64,000 nt of DNA from the IMG/VR virus record IMGVR_UViG_3300025601_000007. The stretch is one strand, 5' to 3'. Under the pieces are notes generated by a model. It ran no database searches. It worked only from the letters and a program-made list of their open reading frames with translations, and was not told the DNA's origin. Below, one piece after another: positions 18,848 to 26,359 of the stretch. A program made the position numbers and the translations under genes. This stretch comes from a virus (lineage: Duplodnaviria > Caudoviricetes). Every line of letters begins with the position of its first letter. Within the stretch, counting starts at the first letter, position 1.

Positions 18848-19122
18848 ATCAATTTAAGCCTTATTTCACTGGTCCAATCCCAATCAACCGAACTGTTGGA
18901 GGCAGGCCCAATGGTCCCTTTGTGGATTCGAAAAAATAAATACCAACGGTATCCATCGCGAGGGAACCACACATCATAAGCCTCACCTGGCTTGTCTCCT
19001 CCAAGACGCAACTCAAAAGCCCGCGAGCTGTACGTCGTGTCTTCGAACCCACCACGAATCAATGCCTCTTGGCATGCATCGCTTGCATCGCATGCATCTT
19101 TTGTTGTCGTTTTCAGTTTCAT
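18844..19122 (-). CDS. array unit 7, 92 aa
   Basis: Paralog; ATGA overlap. Confidence 0.85.
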   Translation of the reverse strand: MKLKTTTKDACDASDACQEALIRGGFEDTTYSSRAFELRLGGDKPGEAYDVWFPRDGYRWYLFFRIHKGTIGPASNSSVDWDWTSEIRLKLI

Positions 19123-19370
19123 ACCAATCTAAGTCTTATTGTACTGGTCCAATCCCAATCAACCCCGCTGATGGTTTTGGAGCCCCCAACGGTCCCCTTG
19201 TAGATTCGAACGAATCCGCTCCTACGGTATCCATCGCCAGGAAACCACGCTTCATAAACCTCACCTGATTTGTTTCCAAGACGCAACCGCCACATGTCCC
19301 CATTGTGTTTTTTGAACCCACGACGAATCAGTGCCTCTTGGCATGCATCTTTTGCCGTTTTTAGTTTCAT
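19119..19370 (-). CDS. array unit 6, 83 aa
   Basis: Paralog; ATGA overlap. Confidence 0.85.
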   Translation of the reverse strand: MKLKTAKDACQEALIRRGFKKHNGDMWRLRLGNKSGEVYEAWFPGDGYRRSGFVRIYKGTVGGSKTISGVDWDWTSTIRLRLV

Positions 19371-19636
19371 ACCAATATTAGGATTATTCTATTGGAAAAA
19401 TCCCAATCACCGTTGTCTTTGTAGCCAACAACAGTCCCTTTGTAGATTCGAACAAATTCACCCTCAAGGTATCCATCATTAGGGAACCACAAATCATAAA
19501 CCTCGCCTGGCTTGTCTCCTCCAAGACGCAACTCAAAAGCCTGCGAGCTGTACGTCGTGGTTTCACACCCACCACGAATCAATGCCTCTTTGCATGCATC
19601 TGTTGCGTCTTTTGTTTGTGCCGTTTTCAGTTTCAT
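19367..19636 (-). CDS. array unit 5, 89 aa
   Basis: Paralog; ATGA overlap. Confidence 0.85.
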   Translation of the reverse strand: MKLKTAQTKDATDACKEALIRGGCETTTYSSQAFELRLGGDKPGEVYDLWFPNDGYLEGEFVRIYKGTVVGYKDNGDWDFSNRIILILV

Positions 19637-19899
19637 ACCAATCTAAGTATTATTGTGTTGGTCCAATCCCAATTACCCAAACCGTTGGGGGCAGGCCAAA
19701 TGGTCCCTTTGTGGATTGTAACAAACAAATCCCAACGGTATCCATCAGGAGGGAACAACGCTTCACAAACCTCGCCTGGCTTGTCTCCTCCAAGACGCAA
19801 CAGACGCACGCTGTACGTCACGTTTTCAAACCCACCACGAAGCAATACCTCTTTGCATGCGTCTGTTGCGTCTTTTGTTTGTGCCGTTTTCAGTTTCAT
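19633..19899 (-). CDS. array unit 4, 88 aa
   Basis: Paralog; ATGA overlap. Confidence 0.85.
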   Translation of the reverse strand: MKLKTAQTKDATDACKEVLLRGGFENVTYSVRLLRLGGDKPGEVCEALFPPDGYRWDLFVTIHKGTIWPAPNGLGNWDWTNTIILRLV

Positions 19900-20171
19900 A
19901 CCAATCTAAGTATTATTTTGTTGGTCCTATCCCAAAAAACAAAGCCAATGCTGGTTTTGGAGGCAGCGGTCCCTTTGTAAATTCGAACAAATTCACCCTC
20001 AAGGTGTCCATCACAATAGAACCACACATCATAAACCTCGCCTGGCTTGTCTCCTCCAAGATGCAGCCCCTCTGTGCTGTTCGTCATGGTTTCACACCCA
20101 CCACGAATCAGTGCCTCTTTGCATGCATCTGTTGCATCTTTTGCATTTGTTTTTTCTGTTTTTAGTCTCAT
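19896..20171 (-). CDS. array unit 3, 91 aa (start ATG 20171)
   Basis: MRLKT start overlaps the stop of unit 2. Confidence 0.85.
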   Translation of the reverse strand: MRLKTEKTNAKDATDACKEALIRGGCETMTNSTEGLHLGGDKPGEVYDVWFYCDGHLEGEFVRIYKGTAASKTSIGFVFWDRTNKIILRLV

Positions 20172-20410
20172 ACAAATGTAAGTATTATTGTACTGGAAGA
20201 ATCCCAATCACCGTTGTCTTTGTAGCCAACAACAGTCCCTTTGGTGATTCGAACGAACCAATCCCAACGGTATCCACGAGGGAACCACACATCATAAACC
20301 TCACCTGGCTTGTCTCCTCCAAGACTCAACCACTGCGAGCTGTACTTGGTTTTAAACCCACTACGAATCAATTGTTCTTTGCATGCATCTTTTGCCGTTT
20401 TCAGTCTCAT
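20168..20410 (-). CDS. array unit 2, 80 aa
   Basis: Paralog; ATGA overlap. Confidence 0.85.
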   Translation of the reverse strand: MRLKTAKDACKEQLIRSGFKTKYSSQWLSLGGDKPGEVYDVWFPRGYRWDWFVRITKGTVVGYKDNGDWDSSSTIILTFV

Positions 20411-20667
20411 ACCAATCTAAGTTTTATTGTGTTGGTCCAATCCCAATCATACCAACCGATGCTGTTTTTGGGGCCAGCAGTCCCTTTGTCGATTTCAACA
20501 GACCAATCACTGGGGTATCCATCATTAGGGAACCACGCATCATAAACCACTTCACCTGGCTTGTCTCCACCAAGACGCAAAACCTGCGAGCTGTACTTAT
20601 CGTCTTTGAACCCACGACGAAGCAATTGCTTTTTGCATGCATCTGTTTGTGCCGTTTTCAGTTTCAT
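20407..20667 (-). CDS. array unit 1, 86 aa
   Basis: First complete paralog. It is preceded by a DWTNTIILKLV* remnant (20664-20699) and a CGTATATT motif (20724-20731). Confidence 0.85.
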   Translation of the reverse strand: MKLKTAQTDACKKQLLRRGFKDDKYSSQVLRLGGDKPGEVVYDAWFPNDGYPSDWSVEIDKGTAGPKNSIGWYDWDWTNTIKLRLV

Positions 20668-20753
20668 ACCAATTTAAGTATTATTGTATTGGTCCAATCC
20701 AAACATCGCTGTGTTTATGAAAAAATATACGTTAATTTTCAATAAGGGTTACA

Positions 20754-21950
20754 TTAGTAACTAACGGGAAAAGGAATCACATCGTGAATCTTCTCCGCTT
20801 TCGTCAAGAACATAACCAGGCGCTCAAATCCCATTCCGAACCCAGCATGTGGAACCGTCCCCCATTTACGAGTGTCTAGATACCATTGCATAGATTTTGA
20901 ATCCACGCCAGCTTCTTCCATTTGAGTTTTTAGCGTATCGTGGTCCTCTTCTCGAACAGAGCCTCCAATCAACTCTCCAACTTCTGGGAACACCAGGTCA
21001 AAACAAATTGCCTTTCCACCTTCTCTCTTCATATAAAATGGTTTGAGGTCCTGTGGCCAGTGAGTGATAAACACAGGGCCTTTGTGGTGCGCAACTATTT
21101 CACGCTCTAGTTCAGTTCCTACATCTTCTCCATATGACAAACCAAACTCATCACATACTTCTTGATATGTTATTCGAGAATACCTGGCACCAACCTCAGA
21201 TTTAAGTGATTCCAAGGTTACTCCCAACTCTTTTTGATGGCCACTTTTACCAAGTGAAACAGCCACTTTGGCAATTGTCATTCTCAGCATAGACTCGGCA
21301 AAATCCATTATTTGCTCTAAGTCATAATGAGCCAGCTCAGGTTCAATCATCCAGAACTCAGACAAATGCTTTCTGGTTGATGATTTTTCAGCTCGAAAAC
21401 ATGGACCAAAAGTGTAGATTTTCCCCAACGCCATCATACCAACTTCTCCATGAAGCTGACCCGAAACCGTTAAATGTCGTTTGAGCCATTCTGATTCGGC
21501 TGAAAACTGTTCTCCAGCACCCTCACAATCTGAGCTGGTCATAATCGGTGTGTGATATTGAGATACTGACTCCTCATGCATAAACGAGTGTAATGCAAAG
21601 CTTGTTTCGCTTCGTGCGTGCATAATAGCGCACATGCGTCGGTCTCGCCCTCGTGTCTGAGGAATCGTTCTAAGAAAGCTTGAAGAGTGAAATTTAGGCT
21701 GAACTGGGTAATCTTCTCCAGACTCGCCAAGAACCTCAATTGAAGTTGCTTTGAATTCATAATCTCCCCTGGGGGTTCTCCCATCTTCACCCTGCATTTG
21801 AATAGACGCTCCAGCAGATAACCCTAGGGAGACTTCGCAGTCTGAGTGTTTTATTGTTACTTGAAATTCCTCTTGCCCGTCCGTGACGGCTAAGAATGTT
21901 AATGCTTTGGATTTACGCACGGAACGAATCCATCCTTGTCTTGTTTTCAT
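20754..21950 (-). CDS. asnS: asparaginyl-tRNA synthetase
   Basis: OB-fold start GWIRSVR, HTPI.TSSDCEGAGEQF, LTVSGQLH, FGPCFRAE.S.TRKHLSEFWMIEPE, ELIGGSVRE, PHAGFGMGFER. Confidence 0.93.
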   Translation of the reverse strand: MKTRQGWIRSVRKSKALTFLAVTDGQEEFQVTIKHSDCEVSLGLSAGASIQMQGEDGRTPRGDYEFKATSIEVLGESGEDYPVQPKFHSSSFLRTIPQTRGRDRRMCAIMHARSETSFALHSFMHEESVSQYHTPIMTSSDCEGAGEQFSAESEWLKRHLTVSGQLHGEVGMMALGKIYTFGPCFRAEKSSTRKHLSEFWMIEPELAHYDLEQIMDFAESMLRMTIAKVAVSLGKSGHQKELGVTLESLKSEVGARYSRITYQEVCDEFGLSYGEDVGTELEREIVAHHKGPVFITHWPQDLKPFYMKREGGKAICFDLVFPEVGELIGGSVREEDHDTLKTQMEEAGVDSKSMQWYLDTRKWGTVPHAGFGMGFERLVMFLTKAEKIHDVIPFPVSY

Positions 21951-21977
21951 TTGTTTATTTTAAAAAAGTTTGGGCAC

Positions 21978-22004
21978 AAAAAAAACCGCTTAGTAGCGGC
22001 TTTT
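21978..22004 (-). terminator. attenuator terminator in the asnS leader
   Basis: Minus strand AAAAGCCGCT-acta-AGCGG-T8, about 30 nt upstream of the asnS ATG. Confidence 0.8.
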
Positions 22005-22027
22005 GAATATCGATGTTTTTCTATCCC

Positions 22028-22105
22028 TTAATTGGACATAACAACCTTATTCATCAGCCGATTGGCGATGTTATTAAAATTGTTATTTAGAGAAAATGTT
22101 GTCAT
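22028..22105 (-). CDS. Asn-rich leader peptide, 25 aa (not in ORF track)
   Basis: Translated by hand: MTTFSLNNNFNNIANRLMNKVVMSN*; 8 of 25 residues are Asn. Confidence 0.8.
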   Translation of the reverse strand: MTTFSLNNNFNNIANRLMNKVVMSN

Positions 22106-22124
22106 TGTCTTTTGAAGTCAGTTG

Positions 22125-22132
22125 CAAGTATA
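22125..22132 (-). promoter_or_regulatory. putative Bacteroidota-type -7 promoter element for leader-asnS
   Basis: TATACTTG, one mismatch to TAnnTTTG, 20 nt upstream of the leader ATG. Confidence 0.45.
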
Positions 22133-22185
22133 TAGATAAAATATTACAATACGCAGAATTATTACGATTTTAACCATATAAAGTT

Positions 22186-22566
22186 TCACTTTATAAAGCG
22201 ACGACCCATGATTCTGAAGTCTATTAAGGGAATGTGAAAAATTTCAGTGTTTCTTTTAAAATCTCTATAAGCAGCTCTCCATCTAAAGCCTTGAACTAAA
22301 TGACTTACTAGTAGAGCAAAAAATAGGCTCACAAAATAAGTTATAGAAACCCATAATCCCCACCCTCCAGATTTACCGCTCATATAAAGAATGCTGTCAA
22401 TTAGCCAAATCAAAATAAAAACTGCTTTGACCCAGTTTTTTGCTAGGGTTTTTTTGTAAACTTTGAGTACTGTTTTTTGCCACGGACTGTCATATACATA
22501 AGTTTCAACTGCCTCCTGGATTGCATTTGTATCGTCTTGGTTCAGTATATATGTTGCTTTTTCCAT
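22186..22566 (-). CDS. hypothetical membrane protein (2 TM)
   Basis: Two hydrophobic segments, WVKAVFILIWLIDSILY and WGLWVSITYFVSLFFALLVS. Confidence 0.7.
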   Translation of the reverse strand: MEKATYILNQDDTNAIQEAVETYVYDSPWQKTVLKVYKKTLAKNWVKAVFILIWLIDSILYMSGKSGGWGLWVSITYFVSLFFALLVSHLVQGFRWRAAYRDFKRNTEIFHIPLIDFRIMGRRFIK

Positions 22567-22647
22567 ATTTTTTATTTTACAATTATAATCATTTCCAATG
22601 TTGGAATAACTTACATTACATTTCTTAGCAACTCAGTAATATTTTTG

Positions 22648-23295
22648 CTAGCTTCCAGCAAGGGTATTTTTTTTACCAGCCTCCAATAGTATTTTTCTAA
22701 TTTGATTTCTAATTTGGGTTTCCCAAATAAAAGGATGAGCCTGCACGGCCTTCTTGTAATGAAGCTTTGCTGGGACTTTCATAAAAATCTCATACTCTAT
22801 TGTTAACTTTCTTCCGTCAGCTAAAGTCATATCAATGTATGTACATTGGTCTTTTTTAGATAAGAAAGAAAACATTTTAGGACCCATTTCACGCCCAAGT
22901 TCTAGCGTTTTATTGCAATAGTATTTTTTTAATTTATGAGGAGCTGCATCAAACTCAGCATCAGAAAGTCCTGTTTTTTTTGACAAAACCACATCAATAT
23001 ACAGTTTTTTTAGGTTGAAAGGCAATTGACCGAACTCAGCTATAGATACCCACCGCTTTTTTTCGATGTATTTCTCCATTTGAGAATGAGTAGCAGCTTC
23101 AATTTCGTGGCGTTCAAGCTCTTTTATTTGTGCAATTAAAACATTAATATAGCACTTTTTTTGCGCTTTCGTAGCTGCAACAGTTTCGTCTTTATTCAAA
23201 CGAATGCCCTTTTCTAGGAGATTGTCTATAAAATCCTTTTTTTCCCGCTTAGATTTATTATTAAAATCTTTTCTCTCGAAATGCACCATGTCCAT
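22648..23295 (-). CDS. hypothetical protein (start likely ATG 23295 or 23289)
   Basis: K-rich ORF with internal helical repeats (KK.YI...L). A TATTTAT motif sits at the start. Confidence 0.7.
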   Translation of the reverse strand: MDMVHFERKDFNNKSKREKKDFIDNLLEKGIRLNKDETVAATKAQKKCYINVLIAQIKELERHEIEAATHSQMEKYIEKKRWVSIAEFGQLPFNLKKLYIDVVLSKKTGLSDAEFDAAPHKLKKYYCNKTLELGREMGPKMFSFLSKKDQCTYIDMTLADGRKLTIEYEIFMKVPAKLHYKKAVQAHPFIWETQIRNQIRKILLEAGKKNTLAGS

Positions 23296-23371
23296 AAATA
23301 GGTCAGGTTTTGCTAACGCAAACCCTCTGTAGAAGCTTATTTTCAACCTATTTAATAGAAAGACTTATAAA

Positions 23372-23650
23372 ATGGCACAACACAACGCAAATTACACAAT
23401 AGTCCCTTTTGCTTCAGGGGCAAATGGGAAGCACATCTGCGGAGATGGCGTCTCCGCATCTACTGTGCACCAAGTATACTGCACATCAGGGGGCGCTGTA
23501 ACAATTGTAGCACTCGGAGGAGGAAATTTAACTGTGACTTTAGCTGCTGGACAGTATGTGAATGTTCTATGTAGCAGTGTTAATGTTGGTTCAGGAGCTT
23601 TTGTTGGCTTTAGGGCACTAGCAAATAGAGGAAATAGATTACTAGGATAA
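23372..23650 (+). CDS. small Gly/Ala/Val-rich protein, probably virion-associated
   Basis: Beta-rich composition; first gene of the neck cluster. Confidence 0.65.
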   Translation: MAQHNANYTIVPFASGANGKHICGDGVSASTVHQVYCTSGGAVTIVALGGGNLTVTLAAGQYVNVLCSSVNVGSGAFVGFRALANRGNRLLG

Positions 23651-23660
23651 TAAAAAACAA

Positions 23661-24839
23661 ATGAGCGCATCAATAATCGGCTGCCTAACAGGGGTCACAT
23701 CATCAGAAAAGAGTAGAATATACAACAGGATTAAGATGTTGCTGGGTGCGCCTGTTGTTAAGGTTGAACTTCGTGATGAGCAATTTGAAGCGATGGTATG
23801 TCATAGTATTGAAGAATATTCTGTACACGTTGCAGACTGGTTTCTTCAAAATCAGCTTGCTGAAATTTTAGGTGTACCTAGTGAAATTGATTTGACATTA
23901 AAATATGTAGCAAACACGCAGTATTTTGAACGCTCTTGGGCATCTTCTATTGGTGAACAGATTGGATTAGGTGCTAATGGAAATAGAGAGCTTAAAACAG
24001 GGGTTATAGAGCTTACTGGGGGAACTCAAGACTACCTTATACAAGCGAATCGAGAAGTTATCGAGATTCTTTGGTTTACTCCGTCGTTTATCAATTTGTT
24101 TGGTCTTGACCCGTTCGCTAATACTAATATTGCATTTTCAGAATTCGGCGCATCTTTCGCTGGACATTCAATGTATCACGTAATGCCTGTGTTTGACACT
24201 ATCATGACTGCGCAGGCTGCGGAAATGAGGAACAGGGTTCGTGGGCACGAATACTCGTACAGTATACACCCAGGGCCAGATGGAACAAAACGAGTACGAC
24301 TATATCCAATTCCAAGAAACACATCGACCGCTGGGTCTAGTGTTGGTATTGGAGGTGGTGCTGGAACACCAGGAACATGTTACTATAGATACTACGATAG
24401 GACTTCAGGAAATGGAAACCCAGAATATTCTGGAACTTCAGCAAACCCTGGTTACACTGCATCGACAAGCACTGAACAAGGAAACGGGCTTGTTAGTTCT
24501 TTTGCTGATGCAGGATTCCATAATCTAAATTATGACCAATTAAACGACAAGTCAAAGAAGTGGGTTCTGGATTATACGTTCGCTTTGGCCGCAAGAACAC
24601 TTGGGCCAATGATTCGAGGAAAGTTTGACGGACAATTGCCTATCCCAGACGCGGAGCTCCGATTAAACTCAAATACACTGCTTGACATATCCAATCGTGA
24701 GATGGATAGGTTATATAAAAAACTAGAGGATGAACTCGAAAGACTCTCCTTCCGAAAGATTATGGAAGACAGGGCATCGATTCAAGAAAATCTCAACAAA
24801 TCTCAAAGTTTCGGACCGCTTGATATCTGGATATACTAA
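23661..24839 (+). CDS. neck/head-tail adaptor protein (T4 gp13-like)
   Basis: RIKMLLGAPVVKVEL...WVLDYTFALA..GMIRGKF...LNSNTLL pattern and gene context. Confidence 0.7.
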   Translation: MSASIIGCLTGVTSSEKSRIYNRIKMLLGAPVVKVELRDEQFEAMVCHSIEEYSVHVADWFLQNQLAEILGVPSEIDLTLKYVANTQYFERSWASSIGEQIGLGANGNRELKTGVIELTGGTQDYLIQANREVIEILWFTPSFINLFGLDPFANTNIAFSEFGASFAGHSMYHVMPVFDTIMTAQAAEMRNRVRGHEYSYSIHPGPDGTKRVRLYPIPRNTSTAGSSVGIGGGAGTPGTCYYRYYDRTSGNGNPEYSGTSANPGYTASTSTEQGNGLVSSFADAGFHNLNYDQLNDKSKKWVLDYTFALAARTLGPMIRGKFDGQLPIPDAELRLNSNTLLDISNREMDRLYKKLEDELERLSFRKIMEDRASIQENLNKSQSFGPLDIWIY

Positions 24840-24908
24840 TGGAGCCAGGGGAATACAGCAGGTGGATTGCGGATAGTATCCTTAAAGCATCAGAGAAGGA
24901 AAAAGTTA

Positions 24909-25343
24909 ATGGCAAAAAGAAAGAAGGGCCGCAGGAGGGCGAGCAGGAAGAGTAAAGAAATAGTAGAGATTGATAAATTCAAACGCTATCAGACTCAGCT
25001 TCGAGTTCATCATTTGTACCCTGCAAAAAAAGACGGTTTTTGTGACTGCGGATGCGGACAAGAGCTATCAGGGAGACAGAAACGGTGGGCAAGCACAAAA
25101 TGTACAAACAAGGTCGTTAAAGAGTTTAAGATAATCAAAGGTGACACTAAGGTTATCCGAGAGGAAATACAGAAACGAGACAAGGACGTTTGCGCCGAAT
25201 GTAACGAGCCAGCTGATGTGTGGCAAGCAGACCATATCATTGAGGTTAGACATGGTGGTGGCGGATGCACACTAGATAACTTTCAAACCCTGTGCACTGT
25301 GTGTCATAAAAAGAAAACAAAGGAAAACTATAATAAGAAATGA
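24909..25343 (+). CDS. free-standing HNH endonuclease (start likely ATG 24909)
   Basis: CDCGCG zinc motif and RDKDVCAEC...ADHIIEVRHGGG..TLDNFQTLCTVCHKKKT. Confidence 0.88.
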   Translation: MAKRKKGRRRASRKSKEIVEIDKFKRYQTQLRVHHLYPAKKDGFCDCGCGQELSGRQKRWASTKCTNKVVKEFKIIKGDTKVIREEIQKRDKDVCAECNEPADVWQADHIIEVRHGGGGCTLDNFQTLCTVCHKKKTKENYNKK

Positions 25344-25909
25344 GCGACGATTTAAACGATATTGGAAGAAAACCTCAAGAAGTAGAGGACCATAATTCTA
25401 CCCAGAAAGGTGTAAGAATGTTTTTTGGAAAGGAAGAGGCAGAGTTGTTTTCTTCTTTAGGTCGCGAAATCACAGAGGGATGGTTGCAGGAGAGTTTCTT
25501 GCTCTACAGGATAGACCTGCAGCAAACCTCTGTTCACCCTCTTTATGGTGAAACCAAACATAAAGTTTATAAAGAGTCTGTTGAGGTGTTCGGACGGATA
25601 AATACTCAATCCGAGGATACAACGATGCATATTGATGGGGGACCAATTAAACGTGGTCATGCCACAATGGAAGCTCATTTATACCTTGAACACTTACAAG
25701 AACTTGGTTTAGTTGTTCTAGAGAATGACCAAGATGTCGTTATGGATTTAAAAGTGGGGGACTACCTGGAATTTAAAGGTCAGTTTTTCAAAATTCATGA
25801 GGATGGGTACGCTCAAATAAACAACCAAAACTCTTGGGCTGGTGATAGAAGATTCTACATCACCATAAAAGCAAAAGAAGTCGATGAAGACCAATTTAAC
25901 GCTAGATAA
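25340..25909 (+). CDS. neck/head completion protein (T4 gp14-like)
   Basis: HPLYGETKHK, VGDYLEF and its position between gp13-like and gp15-like genes. Confidence 0.55.
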   Translation: MSDDLNDIGRKPQEVEDHNSTQKGVRMFFGKEEAELFSSLGREITEGWLQESFLLYRIDLQQTSVHPLYGETKHKVYKESVEVFGRINTQSEDTTMHIDGGPIKRGHATMEAHLYLEHLQELGLVVLENDQDVVMDLKVGDYLEFKGQFFKIHEDGYAQINNQNSWAGDRRFYITIKAKEVDEDQFNAR

Positions 25910-26268
25910 TGAAGGTGCCAGAATACATATACAACGCTACGGTTGAAAACGTAGTAGACGGAGACACGATTGACTGCTTGGTTGATTTAGGGTTTAACAC
26001 AACAAACAGAATCAGGTTTAGAATCAAAGATGACGAAGCTTATTTTGACACTCCTGAAACCTGGAGACCTAAAACAGAGGCGGAAGAAGCTCATGGTGAA
26101 GCAGCTAAGGCTAGAGCTAAAGAATTGCTGGAAGGAAAAAAAGTAGTGTTGAGGTCTGCAAAAAAAGGGAAGTATCGATACGTAGCCGAGGTGTTTATGG
26201 AAGACGGAAGCAGTTATACTGACTTAATGATTGCCGAAGGGTTTCAGAAGAAAGACTCTTACAAATAA
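25909..26268 (+). CDS. thermonuclease (SNase-like)
   Basis: VENVVDGDTI.CLVDLGF...RFR...DTPET...GKYRYVAEV. Confidence 0.8.
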   Translation: MKVPEYIYNATVENVVDGDTIDCLVDLGFNTTNRIRFRIKDDEAYFDTPETWRPKTEAEEAHGEAAKARAKELLEGKKVVLRSAKKGKYRYVAEVFMEDGSSYTDLMIAEGFQKKDSYK

Positions 26269-26359
26269 TTAATATTGATTCAATATATAATCCTTTTTTT
26301 TGAGTTATAACGCACATCCGCTTTCTTTTCGCAACCTATTTACAAGAAACACTTTGTAG

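Larger units (their letters stand above)
17742..20699 (-). repeat. tandem array of 11 complete ~243-279 bp paralogous gene units plus terminal remnants
   Basis: The junction GATTGGACCAAT...TTGGTATGA(G/A)ACT(A/G)AAAACG recurs 12 times, and internal anchors (DAC..LIRGG, LGGDKPGE, DGY, FVRI.KGT) recur in each unit. Confidence 0.95.

Noticed and set aside
17742-20699. CRISPR array
   Set aside because: Units are about 260 bp, homologous along their whole length and protein coding. No cas genes are in the window.
17742-20699. Diversity-generating retroelement or integron cassette array
   Set aside because: No reverse transcriptase or tyrosine integrase is in the window, and no attC-like imperfect palindromes were seen at junctions. 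Variation includes indels and block swaps rather than adenine-only changes. A trans-acting enzyme elsewhere in the genome is not excluded.
17759-20745. Plus-strand ORFs over the array (e.g. 17759-18181, 18545-18979, 19582-19980, 20111-20545)
   Set aside because: Antisense shadows of the repeated minus-strand genes; their starts and stops are not conserved between units.
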